This document shows, in pieces, positions 18,329-27,824 of a DNA stretch of 32,000 nucleotides. The DNA is from Promethearchaeia archaeon (GTDB lineage: Archaea > Asgardarchaeota > Lokiarchaeia > Sigyniarchaeales > SOKP01). The stretch covers positions 20,295 to 52,294 of the forward strand of contig JAWOFX010000075.1 of the NCBI GenBank assembly GCA_046497275.1, in the 5' to 3' direction. The notes beneath the pieces are model-generated. The model was not told the origin of the DNA, did not search any database, and saw nothing but the letters and a program-made list of their open reading frames with translations. The stretch's first letter is position 1; each line of letters starts with the position of its first letter. The translations under genes were made by a program, and so were the position numbers.

Positions 18329-19351
18329 TCATTTCTTCTCAATAATTTCCTTAAACCAATATATAAATCTAAAGTCTTTGATCAAATTTCTTCGGCAGCT
18401 TATATTAAATCTTCTCTTAAAACCTGTCTTTAATCCTTTCCAGAGAGAAATAAACAAGAAATAAATCATAAAGAACTCCCTATATTTTAATCTATAAAGA
18501 ATTTCAATAAAATTATGATAAAAATATTTTTTATAAAAGAAAAATAGATCTACCAGCTGAGCGTGTTTCCATATAAATATTTGTTTATTTCTTTTGAAGA
18601 AAAAGTAATTAAATAAAACCCTTTTCTCTCCTCGCTCTTTATTATTAATTGGAACTTTATGATATACTATGGTATTTGGAACATAATAATTTTTAAACCC
18701 TGCTTTTTTTGCCCTTAAACTCCAATCAGGATCTTCCCAATACATAAAAAAGATTTCATCAATTAACCCTATTTCCTCCAAATTCTCCTTCTTTACAAAT
18801 AATGCAGTACCAGCTGCAAAATCAGTTTCTTCTATTTTGTTATAGAGTTCATCATTTGGATCGAAATCCATAAATCCACGATTAAAAACTACTAAACCCT
18901 TTCTAAAATCAATAATTCCTCCAGCATTCCAAATGTATCTTTTATCTTTATAGATCTTAATTTTAGGAGAAATCATTCCTGCTTCTGGGTGTGATTCTAA
19001 AAAATTTATCATACTTTCAATAAAGTTTGGCATCACTTCAGTATCAAAATTTAACAAACATATATATTTCCCTTTAGCGATTCTAATTCCTTGATTATTC
19101 GCCGTACCAAAAAAAAGGTTTATCTTGTTGCGAATTAGTTTTATATTTAATTTGGATTCCAATTGACTTATTGAATCTTTTAATTTAAGATATAAATTAA
19201 AGTCAGATCCGTTATCTATAAGAATAATTTCAAAATTATCATAAGTTTGATTTAAAAGCGATTTCAAACAATCAATTGTGTAATTAAACTTATTATAATT
19301 AACAATTATAATTGAAACCAAATCATTCATTTTTTCTTTATTCAGTTCCAC
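18329..19351 (-). CDS. GT2 glycosyltransferase (WbbL-like), paralog 3 of 3
   Basis: Contains IIVNYN, IDNGS, NLFFGTANN, LLNFD and MYWEDPDWSLR. GTG start at 19351, with an alternative ATG at 19330. Confidence 0.87.
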   Translation of the reverse strand: MELNKEKMNDLVSIIIVNYNKFNYTIDCLKSLLNQTYDNFEIILIDNGSDFNLYLKLKDSISQLESKLNIKLIRNKINLFFGTANNQGIRIAKGKYICLLNFDTEVMPNFIESMINFLESHPEAGMISPKIKIYKDKRYIWNAGGIIDFRKGLVVFNRGFMDFDPNDELYNKIEETDFAAGTALFVKKENLEEIGLIDEIFFMYWEDPDWSLRAKKAGFKNYYVPNTIVYHKVPINNKERGEKRVLFNYFFFKRNKQIFIWKHAQLVDLFFFYKKYFYHNFIEILYRLKYREFFMIYFLFISLWKGLKTGFKRRFNISCRRNLIKDFRFIYWFKEIIEKK

Positions 19352-19476
19352 AATAGTAGAATTTCTAATTTATTTTTTTTCTTAAATCTTTCTAATTTCT
19401 ATTAAAATGAAAATTAACTAATATAAAATTAATAAATTTTTTTTTCATTAATTAATTATATATTCCCTAACGGTTT

Positions 19477-20283
19477 ATGAGATTATTTGATATTCTAAAA
19501 CTTATTTTAAAGCAAGGTTTAAAATTTAGCATTATTAATTATTTTATGGATCATATCCTTTCAAAAGTTTCTGTTTTAAAGATATTTCATTTTATAGCTG
19601 GATTAAAATTAAGAAAACAGAGTTTTTTTTGTAAAGAATTGACAGATTTCTATGAATTAGTCAATAAATTTACATTTGTTCCATTAGATAAGCAGTTATT
19701 TACAATAAGAATCCGTATGGCACAAAAGAAAAAAGAATTTTTAGATTTTCTAATAATTGCAAATAAGATTAATCCTAAAAATATACTTGAAATTGGAACC
19801 TTTGATGGAGGAACAATATTTTTACTCTCAAAAATATCTGATGTAGATGCAAAACTAATAAGTATTGATTTACCAATATATAAGAGAGATTCTGGATACG
19901 CTCCTTATAGACTTCCTCTCTATAGATTCTTCAATATTGCTAATCAGAAACTCTATTTTATTAGAGATAACTCTCATGGAAAGAATTCTATAAATAAAGT
20001 AAAATCGATTCTTAAAGAAGAAAAATTGGATCTATTATTTATTGACGGAGATCATAGTTATAATGGTGTAAAAAAAGATTTTTATGCATATTATCCATTT
20101 GTTAAAATAAATGGATTAATAGCTTTTCATGATATAATAGATCATCCAAAAGAATTGAATTGCGAAGTTTCTAAGTTATGGAATGAAATTAAAAATGATT
20201 TTAAAACAATAGAGTTAATCGAAAATAATAGTGAAAAATGGGGAGGGATAGGAATAATTCAAAAAACTCAAAATATTAATTAA
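19477..20283 (+). CDS. Class I SAM-dependent methyltransferase (Methyltransf_24-like)
   Basis: Contains ILEIGTFDGGT, LISIDLP, DLLFIDGDHSYNGVKKD and GLIAFHD. Confidence 0.85.
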   Translation: MRLFDILKLILKQGLKFSIINYFMDHILSKVSVLKIFHFIAGLKLRKQSFFCKELTDFYELVNKFTFVPLDKQLFTIRIRMAQKKKEFLDFLIIANKINPKNILEIGTFDGGTIFLLSKISDVDAKLISIDLPIYKRDSGYAPYRLPLYRFFNIANQKLYFIRDNSHGKNSINKVKSILKEEKLDLLFIDGDHSYNGVKKDFYAYYPFVKINGLIAFHDIIDHPKELNCEVSKLWNEIKNDFKTIELIENNSEKWGGIGIIQKTQNIN

Positions 20284-20303
20284 GAAATGAGATCGATAAA
20301 AAT

Positions 20304-21851
20304 TTGACCAGACCAAATATTATTTTTATTGTCTTAGATACTTTAAGAGCAGACAAAGTTTTAAATGAAGAAAGGATGAATTTGACTCCAAATTTAAAAA
20401 AGATTTTAACTCATTCTTATTATTTTGAAAATGGAACCTCAAATAGTACTTGGACTCTCCCTTCTCATAATTCAATGTTTACAGGACTAAGTACATCCCA
20501 AATTAAAAAGCTTGGTGGAAAACTTCATTATATAAATGAGAATTTACCTTTACTAGCGGAGATTCTAAAAGATGAAGGATATTATACCCTCTGTTTTACT
20601 GAAAATCCTTGGATAAATGAATTTTTTAGAAATACCAGAGGATTTAAATCATATATTAAAAATTTCAGAAGATCCTTTTTTATTTTAGAAAATAATAAAA
20701 TCTCAAAGTTAATAGAGAATTTCTTTGAATTTTCTGATAACATTTTTAAAAATTGGATAAAAAATAAGTTAATAATATTTTATTCGGAATTCTTTGAAAA
20801 GATTATTAAAAAAATTACAAAAGAATTATTATATAAGCTGTCTTGGGAAAATTGGGTGTTTGAATATAAAAATACTTTAGTTAAATTAGACAAATTGAAA
20901 TATAAATTAAATAGGAGGCTTGGTAAAAGACCATTTTTCCTATTCTTTAATATTATGGCAACTCATGCTCCTTACATCCCTCCAAGGAGCGTTCTTAAAA
21001 AATTTGGAATTGATCATAACAATTTAAAGATTATAAAAGATTTTTTGTTAAAACCTACACACTATTTTAGAAATATTAACTATCAATTTTCAAAGCTTAC
21101 AAAAAACCAAATAGAGACTTTGAATTCTTTATATAATGCATCTGTATATTATTCTGACCAAATAACCCAAAAAATTTTTGAAAACTTCGAAAATCTGGGG
21201 AACTCCACTGATTCTTATATAATTATTACATCAGATCATGGGGAACATTTATGTTCTAAGAAGGATCATTTTCTCTATGGTCATGGTATATCCTATAGTG
21301 TATATGACGATTTAATCAGAGTACCGATAATAATTTACAATAAAAAATTTAGCAAAACTCTCATAAAAAATCCTGCTCAATTGAAAGATATTTTCCATAC
21401 GATTTTAAATATAGCTGAGATTAGAAGAGATCTTCCAGTATATAATCCATCTAAATCCATACTTAATCAAATTACAAACAATAACTATGAAAAATATATT
21501 TATGGAGAACATCTCAAAAGAAAAGATGAAATGAGAGCACTTATAAGAAACAATAAAAGATATTTGACTGATAGTATCATTAAAAAGATTTATAATGAAA
21601 TTTATTATATTAGATCAAAAGACTATAAATACGTTAATTATGGGAATAAATTAGAAGAACTGTATGATCTCCAGAAAGATCCACAGGAAAATGATAACAT
21701 AATTGACAAAAACCATGAAATTCACTCAGAAATGAAAAAAGCCATGATGAAAGCTAGGAAGGAATTAACTAATATTGACAGCATAATTGATTTTATTACA
21801 AAAAAGGAAAAAAGTAATATAATAAAAGTTATTGGAGATTTAAAAATCTAA
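20304..21851 (+). CDS. Sulfatase-like hydrolase/transferase (alkaline phosphatase superfamily)
   Basis: Contains PNIIFIVLDTLRAD, WTLPSHNSMFTG, MATHAPY, TSDHGE, YDDLIRVP and ELYDLQKDPQE. TTG start. Confidence 0.85.
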   Translation: MTRPNIIFIVLDTLRADKVLNEERMNLTPNLKKILTHSYYFENGTSNSTWTLPSHNSMFTGLSTSQIKKLGGKLHYINENLPLLAEILKDEGYYTLCFTENPWINEFFRNTRGFKSYIKNFRRSFFILENNKISKLIENFFEFSDNIFKNWIKNKLIIFYSEFFEKIIKKITKELLYKLSWENWVFEYKNTLVKLDKLKYKLNRRLGKRPFFLFFNIMATHAPYIPPRSVLKKFGIDHNNLKIIKDFLLKPTHYFRNINYQFSKLTKNQIETLNSLYNASVYYSDQITQKIFENFENLGNSTDSYIIITSDHGEHLCSKKDHFLYGHGISYSVYDDLIRVPIIIYNKKFSKTLIKNPAQLKDIFHTILNIAEIRRDLPVYNPSKSILNQITNNNYEKYIYGEHLKRKDEMRALIRNNKRYLTDSIIKKIYNEIYYIRSKDYKYVNYGNKLEELYDLQKDPQENDNIIDKNHEIHSEMKKAMMKARKELTNIDSIIDFITKKEKSNIIKVIGDLKI

Positions 21852-21902
21852 TAAGCTTATTAATTAATATTAAAATTACAAATCAGCCAATTCTAATAAG
21901 AA

Positions 21903-22670
21903 GTGAAAAAGATGTGTAATATGCCTATCATTACTTTCTTTATTACATTTGCGGAAATAAATGAATTTAAAAATAAAAGAGTTTTAGAAGTTGGCTCAAA
22001 ATATATAAATGGAAGTATCAGACCTTTTGTAGAAAGATTTTTACACCCTAAAGAATATATTGGCATAGATATTGAAAAGGGAAAATTTGTCGATAAAATT
22101 TTGCCTGCTGAAGACATATTAAACCATTTTAATAAAAATTCTTTTGATGTTGTGATTGCTACTGAAATTATTGAACATGTGAGAGATTGGAGATTAATAT
22201 TGAATAATTTTAAAAAAGTAGTTAAAGAAGGGGGTTATGTTTACATTACTACAAGATCTATTGGATTTCCTCAGCATGGGTATCCTTATGATTTTTGGAG
22301 GTTTCAAATTGATGATATGAAAGAGATATTTAGTGATTTTAAAATAAAAGCCCTCGTTAAAGATAAAACTCAACCAGGAGTGTTTATAAAAGCGCAAAAA
22401 CCATTTAAATATAAACCCAGAAGTATGGATAATATTAAATTATATTCAGTGAAAAAGAAGAGGAGAACACTTTTTATCCCAGATCATGCAATAGATAACA
22501 ATTTTATGAACAAAGAATTAGAAAAAGAAGAATATTTTATTGAATCGCTTAAGCTTCAAAATAAAAACCAATACAGTTTAGAAGAAATGGGTTTTAAAAA
22601 AAGGATTTTTAATTATTTGTATAAAATTCTGAAAAAATGGGAAAAAAAAATTAAATACCATTTGGAATAA
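21903..22670 (+). CDS. Class I SAM-dependent methyltransferase
   Basis: Contains VLEVGS, YIGIDI, FDVVIATEIIEHV and HGYPYDFWRF. Start is uncertain (GTG 21903 or a nearby ATG). Confidence 0.8.
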   Translation: MKKMCNMPIITFFITFAEINEFKNKRVLEVGSKYINGSIRPFVERFLHPKEYIGIDIEKGKFVDKILPAEDILNHFNKNSFDVVIATEIIEHVRDWRLILNNFKKVVKEGGYVYITTRSIGFPQHGYPYDFWRFQIDDMKEIFSDFKIKALVKDKTQPGVFIKAQKPFKYKPRSMDNIKLYSVKKKRRTLFIPDHAIDNNFMNKELEKEEYFIESLKLQNKNQYSLEEMGFKKRIFNYLYKILKKWEKKIKYHLE

Positions 22671-22710
22671 ATGAGGATTCAATATAGAAAGAGAGAATGT
22701 TGAGATAATA

Positions 22711-23574
22711 ATGCATAAAATATACTATATATCTAAAAATCCTAAATGTACTTTATGGGATGGAATGTGGTCAAGTAGAACTATTGATCAAGAACTAGAA
22801 GCATGTAAAATTGAATGGGCTCCAAAATTAATGTTTCTAAAATATCTCGATAAAGAGAATAAAATAATAGATGCAGGTTGCGGGTTTGGAAAATGGGTTA
22901 TTTTTCTAAAAAATAGAGGATATAACATTATAGGTATAGATAATAATGAAATTGCTATTTCTAAATTAAAAACCTATGATAATACTTTAAATATTCAATA
23001 CGGTGATATATTAAATCTTGATTTTCCTGATAATTCCTTTGATGCCTATATCTCAATGGGTGTTGTTGAACATTTTTTAGAAGGGCCTGATAAAGCCCTA
23101 AAAGAAGCATATAGAATTATTAAACCGGGGGGATTATTATTTCTCTCTACACCAACGGTTAATATAATAAGAAAAATATTTGGACAATTTACCATTAATT
23201 TGATAAATAAATTACCTAATCTCTTTTCCTTTATTCTTGAATTTTTTAATAAGAATAAGAAATATAGGAACAAAAAGGATAAAAATAATAAAGATCGATT
23301 TAAACATTTTATTGAATATCGATTTACAATTTCGGAATTACAAGCTTATATTCGTAAAAACAATTTTGAGATTCTTGAGACAGTTCCACATGATTTTCCA
23401 GGTTCAAGAAAACATGCAATCGGGTTAGCAGTCGATTTCCCATTTTTTAAAGCACCATATTCCGTAAATTTTAAATTGAATTTTTTAGGTATTATAATCT
23501 CTAATATCTTGAATTCCCTCTCACCTTGGATCGCATCTGCTAGCACTCTATATGTTGCAAGAGCAAATAAATGA
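22711..23574 (+). CDS. Class I SAM-dependent methyltransferase (Methyltransf_11-like)
   Basis: Contains IIDAGCGFG, IIGID, FDAYISMGVVEHF and IKPGG. Confidence 0.85.
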   Translation: MHKIYYISKNPKCTLWDGMWSSRTIDQELEACKIEWAPKLMFLKYLDKENKIIDAGCGFGKWVIFLKNRGYNIIGIDNNEIAISKLKTYDNTLNIQYGDILNLDFPDNSFDAYISMGVVEHFLEGPDKALKEAYRIIKPGGLLFLSTPTVNIIRKIFGQFTINLINKLPNLFSFILEFFNKNKKYRNKKDKNNKDRFKHFIEYRFTISELQAYIRKNNFEILETVPHDFPGSRKHAIGLAVDFPFFKAPYSVNFKLNFLGIIISNILNSLSPWIASASTLYVARANK

Positions 23575-23713
23575 AAATATATTAGAATAATAATAAATTT
23601 AAATTTTTAAACTAGTTTGAAAATGGTATTGAATGTTTCATTTTTTGATTTCTAAAAACAAAAGAATTTAATTTAAAAAATAAAAAATAAAAGAAAAAAT
23701 ATTCTGAACAAGG

Positions 23714-24535
23714 ATGAGTATCGTTCAATCTGTAAAAGAGAATGCGTCTCAAATATTAGCTATCACAGAAAAAAATGTAAAGTTACATCTTAGATACAAA
23801 TCAGGTATTCTTTTTGGTTTTATAAACCCAATAATCGCGATATTAATTCCTCTTGTAATTATGGGAAATTTGTTCCAATTCAATAATCAATTTGGAGAAT
23901 GGACTTCAGAAAATTTCCTTATATACCAATTTATTGCTTATGATATTTCATTATTAAAGAGTCTTGTTAATGTGTTCCCAAAACAATTTCAAATGGAAAA
24001 ATTTTGGAAGACTTTACCCGCATTAATAATTGGACCATTTAATCGAATAAACTTATTATTCAGTATTCTCTTATCACATCTAATTATTATATCCCCTCCC
24101 TTTATTACAATTATGGTTATGTGTTATGTTTTTTATCCGATCTCTTTTGGTTCGTTTTTCTTTTTTCTTTTTACATTATTTCTTATTTCTTTAATTTTTA
24201 GTGGTATTGGAATAACACTTGGTGTATTTGCTATCTCAAATGAGAATTTATTGAAAGTTTTTAATTTCTTAATTGGTTTTGTCTTTTTATTTAGTTGTAT
24301 AACCTATCCTTTTGAAATATTTCCAGATTTTATTCAAAATATAATTAATATTAACCCCCTATACTATGTTTTCGATTTTCTAAGAATGATTTGGATTCAT
24401 AATGATATCATTTTAACTATAAGCAGTTTACCTTATCATTTTTTCATCCTTTTAATATGTGCTGTTTCTATTCCCATAATTGGGATTTTAATTTTTAGTA
24501 AAATATATAAAAAATACGGGATAACAGGATTTTAA
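23714..24535 (+). CDS. ABC-2 type transporter permease
   Basis: About six hydrophobic segments and an ABC-2-like end (YPFEIFP...INPLYYVFDFLR). It lies directly upstream of an ABC ATPase. Confidence 0.82.
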   Translation: MSIVQSVKENASQILAITEKNVKLHLRYKSGILFGFINPIIAILIPLVIMGNLFQFNNQFGEWTSENFLIYQFIAYDISLLKSLVNVFPKQFQMEKFWKTLPALIIGPFNRINLLFSILLSHLIIISPPFITIMVMCYVFYPISFGSFFFFLFTLFLISLIFSGIGITLGVFAISNENLLKVFNFLIGFVFLFSCITYPFEIFPDFIQNIININPLYYVFDFLRMIWIHNDIILTISSLPYHFFILLICAVSIPIIGILIFSKIYKKYGITGF

Positions 24536-24545
24536 CTTAAAAATT

Positions 24546-25463
24546 ATGATTGAAACACGTAATCTCTCAAAAATTTATAAATTAAAAAATAAAAAAGAAA
24601 TAATTGCTCTTGATAAGATCAATCTAAACGTAAAAGAGGGAGAGATATTTGGCCTTCTAGGACCAAATGGGGCTGGAAAAACAACACTTATTAAAATCTT
24701 AACCACTTTAACTCAACCCACGGATGGTTGGGCAAAACTAGATGGTCTTGATGTAGTGGAACATCCTAAGAAGGTAAAATCAAAAATCTCATTAATGCTT
24801 GAAAGCGATATGCTTTATTATCGAATTACGGGTTATGATAATTTAAAATTTTTTTGTAAAATTTATAAAGTTCCAGACTATAAAACAAAAATTAATGACC
24901 TTGCTGAAGAATTTGATTTGAAAAAATGGCTTAAAGAATACGTTGGTCAATATTCAAGTGGGATGAAGATGAAACTTGCTTTGTGTAGAACATTATTAAT
25001 TAATCGAAAAGTTTTAATCTTAGATGAACCAACTCTCGGTCTTGATGTTGAATCTACTGCAAGGATCGTTAACAAGTTAAGAAAAATCAATAAAACAATA
25101 TTTTTAACTAGTCATGATCTAAATATGGTTGAAAAATTGTGCGACAGAGTCGCTTTTATTAATTATGGAAGAATTTTAAAAATTGGCACTAAAGAAGATA
25201 TTAAAAAATTAGATAGATCTGAAATAGAAATTAATGTAACTATTGAAAATAAAATAGATGGATTAAGAGAAAAGCTAATAGGTCAAGATTTTATAACTAA
25301 ATTTGAAAAAAATAAAAATAATGTATTAATTGGGATTAACCATCGAAAAAGTTATCAAAAATTACTCCAAATTTTATCTGAATTTCCTGTGTTAAAGATT
25401 AAAGAAAATGAATCGACTTTAGAGGAATTATTTTTAAAAATAACAAAAAATGAAACTAATTAA
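24546..25463 (+). CDS. ABC transporter ATP-binding protein (exporter type)
   Basis: Walker A GPNGAGKT, signature YSSGM, Walker B LILDEP and H-loop TSH. Confidence 0.93.
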   Translation: MIETRNLSKIYKLKNKKEIIALDKINLNVKEGEIFGLLGPNGAGKTTLIKILTTLTQPTDGWAKLDGLDVVEHPKKVKSKISLMLESDMLYYRITGYDNLKFFCKIYKVPDYKTKINDLAEEFDLKKWLKEYVGQYSSGMKMKLALCRTLLINRKVLILDEPTLGLDVESTARIVNKLRKINKTIFLTSHDLNMVEKLCDRVAFINYGRILKIGTKEDIKKLDRSEIEINVTIENKIDGLREKLIGQDFITKFEKNKNNVLIGINHRKSYQKLLQILSEFPVLKIKENESTLEELFLKITKNETN

Positions 25464-25530
25464 CATTTAAATCCTATTAATTTAGTTTTATAATATATTT
25501 ATTTTAATATTAAATAACAGTGAAAAAAAT

Positions 25531-26274
25531 TTGAAAGGGATTATTCTAGCAGGTGGAACTGGTTCACGATTAGCTCCTCTTACTAAAGTGACTAATAAAC
25601 ATCTTTTACCTGTTTACAATGAACCCATGATTTATAAGGTAATAAAAACTCTTACTAATTCTGGTATTGAAGATATCACAATCGTTTTAGGAGGAGAAAG
25701 CGTCGGTGAGTTTGTCCGATTACTGGGCGATGGCACGGAATTTGGAGCACACTTTAATTATGTATATCAACAACAAGCTGGAGGTATTGCCGAAGCTCTC
25801 TATTTAACAAAAAAAATTGTAAGAGGACATAAAGTCGCAGTCATATTAGGAGATAATATTTTTGAAGATATTTTTCAAAATGCCGTTCAATCTTTTGAAA
25901 AGGAAAATAAATATGATTGTTATTTATTTTTAAAAAAGGTCCAGGATCCAGAAAGATTTGGTGTAGCAGAATTAGATGAAAAAGGAAAGATTGTTGAAAT
26001 TCAAGAGAAACCAGATAAACCCAAAACAGATCTATGTGTAACAGGCTTATACTTCTATAATCAAGAAATCTTTTCTGTAATTGAACATGTGATTGATAAA
26101 ATTGGTTATTCAGAAAGGGGAGAATTAGAGATTACAGATGTGAATAATTTTTATGTTAAAGAGAGAAATACTAAAGCAATTATAGTAGATGGTTTTTGGT
26201 CTGACGCGGGAACATTTAAAACATTATTTCATTGCACAGAATTTATCAGTAGGAATCTGAAAAAGGAAGAATAA
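25531..26274 (+). CDS. rfbA: Glucose-1-phosphate thymidylyltransferase-like sugar nucleotidyltransferase (short RmlA type)
   Basis: Contains GIILAGGTGSRLAPLT, KHLLPVY, GIAEA, ILGDN, RFGVAE, EKP, SERGELEITD and WSDAGT. TTG start. Confidence 0.85.
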   Translation: MKGIILAGGTGSRLAPLTKVTNKHLLPVYNEPMIYKVIKTLTNSGIEDITIVLGGESVGEFVRLLGDGTEFGAHFNYVYQQQAGGIAEALYLTKKIVRGHKVAVILGDNIFEDIFQNAVQSFEKENKYDCYLFLKKVQDPERFGVAELDEKGKIVEIQEKPDKPKTDLCVTGLYFYNQEIFSVIEHVIDKIGYSERGELEITDVNNFYVKERNTKAIIVDGFWSDAGTFKTLFHCTEFISRNLKKEE

Positions 26275-26454
26275 ATAATCTATTATTTAAAAAGATCTAT
26301 AACCAGTAATAATCATTCTTGATTTAAAGAAAAATAATAGAAAATACTTCAAATTCTTCTTTTAAGTACTTATTCAACTAGAAACCCTTATTATATGATT
26401 TATGATTAATAAATTTCAAAAATAAGGTATTTTTATAAAATTATAACTTTCAGA

Positions 26455-27636
26455 ATGATAAGAATGAGATCTGAAAACATAATAAAAAAAATTTATTTGA
26501 TCTTTCCCATAATTAGTTTAATTCTCTGGGGGTTTTTGGCAGATTTTACTGGAATTGATTTTACTGCTTATTATAACGCCGGAAAATATATATTCACGAT
26601 GCCAGAACTAATCTATTCGGATTTATTTCATCCTAAATTTTTATATTGCCCAGGAATTGCTGTTTTTTCCTTTTTTTTTACACTATGCAATATCGGAACG
26701 GCTATGATCATTTATTTTTTTATTTCCTTATTATTTGGAATATTAAGTATCATAACATTGGATCAAATATTATCATTTAAAAATATCAGTAAACGCTTGA
26801 AATTAGTTATATTAATGATTGTTAGTAATGGGTTTGCAGTTGAAGGAACATTTGCAAATTTACAATCAAAATTTATTGTACTTTTCTTAATTTTAATTCT
26901 AATTAAAAGAGAAATTGAGAAGGTTAATTATAATATCAAATTTCTTTCCGTACAAACTTTTATACTTGTTCTAGCAATTTCTTTTTTACCATATTTGATT
27001 TTTTTAGGGATTATTTATATTTTTTATAAATCTAAAGATTATTTTTTACATAAATCTTTATTACTTGGTGTAGAGTTTCTAATATTCAACTTTCTTTTTA
27101 TAATAAAACCTTCTACAATTATGGGGTTTTTAGACGGATTTGAAACTTATTCATATTTAACTTATCTCTATCGTTCTGGATTTCCATCCTTAATTCTGTC
27201 ATATTTAAGAGAAATTATCGTATTTCCGAAAATCATTATACTCCAAATTATTACTGTTGTGAGCTTAAGTATGGGATCTTTATATCTTATGTTAAAAGAT
27301 TATTCATTAGAAGAAAAATTTGGAATTATCTTTCTCGTTTTTCTTTTATTCAGCAGTACTTATTATCCAAGTGGACATATAGTAGCAATCTTTCCTATTA
27401 TCTTTCTTCTTTTCAAAAAGGAAACTTGTATTAATTACATTTTTATTTTCATTTTATTTTTACTATATTGTTTTCCTTTAATCGAGACTAGTCGGTTTTT
27501 TGACCTAACTTTTGTATTTGATAATATTAAACCAGTTTCTACAGTTATCTCAATTATTGAACATACATTATACGCTATGCTTCTCATTAGCAAAATAAAA
27601 AAATTAAATAAAAACTACAAAAATACTCTATTTTAA
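26455..27636 (+). CDS. GT87/DUF2029-like polytopic glycosyltransferase (GT-C)
   Basis: Contains GIDFTAYYNAG and FLYCPGIAVFSFFF, with ~10-11 hydrophobic segments. It is more degenerate than 9049..10326. Confidence 0.65.
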   Translation: MIRMRSENIIKKIYLIFPIISLILWGFLADFTGIDFTAYYNAGKYIFTMPELIYSDLFHPKFLYCPGIAVFSFFFTLCNIGTAMIIYFFISLLFGILSIITLDQILSFKNISKRLKLVILMIVSNGFAVEGTFANLQSKFIVLFLILILIKREIEKVNYNIKFLSVQTFILVLAISFLPYLIFLGIIYIFYKSKDYFLHKSLLLGVEFLIFNFLFIIKPSTIMGFLDGFETYSYLTYLYRSGFPSLILSYLREIIVFPKIIILQIITVVSLSMGSLYLMLKDYSLEEKFGIIFLVFLLFSSTYYPSGHIVAIFPIIFLLFKKETCINYIFIFILFLLYCFPLIETSRFFDLTFVFDNIKPVSTVISIIEHTLYAMLLISKIKKLNKNYKNTLF

Positions 27637-27824
27637 TAATTCAGATTATATTTAATTCTTTTAATCTATTTTCTGATTTTATAATACTATTTGAATTTAT
27701 AAAAAACTTATAACCTGCTGGAACTTGAATAAATTGATTTTTTAGTGGATTTGGTTGTCAATATTTTTAGATGAGTAAAATAAATGACAAGAAAATAATA
27801 TAATATATTTTTATTTTAGATCTT

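Noticed and set aside
18329-18331. Selenocysteine at the in-frame TGA between GT2 paralogs
   Set aside because: It is in a linker position with no redox motif, and no SECIS was recognised. Generic readthrough or gene splitting is kept as a finding instead.
4174-23546. Other 63-79 aa ORFs in the track (4174, 9491, 11228, 13867, 15083, 21893, 22194, 23046, 23237, 23346)
   Set aside because: All overlap longer motif-bearing genes in antisense or alternative frames, as expected by chance.
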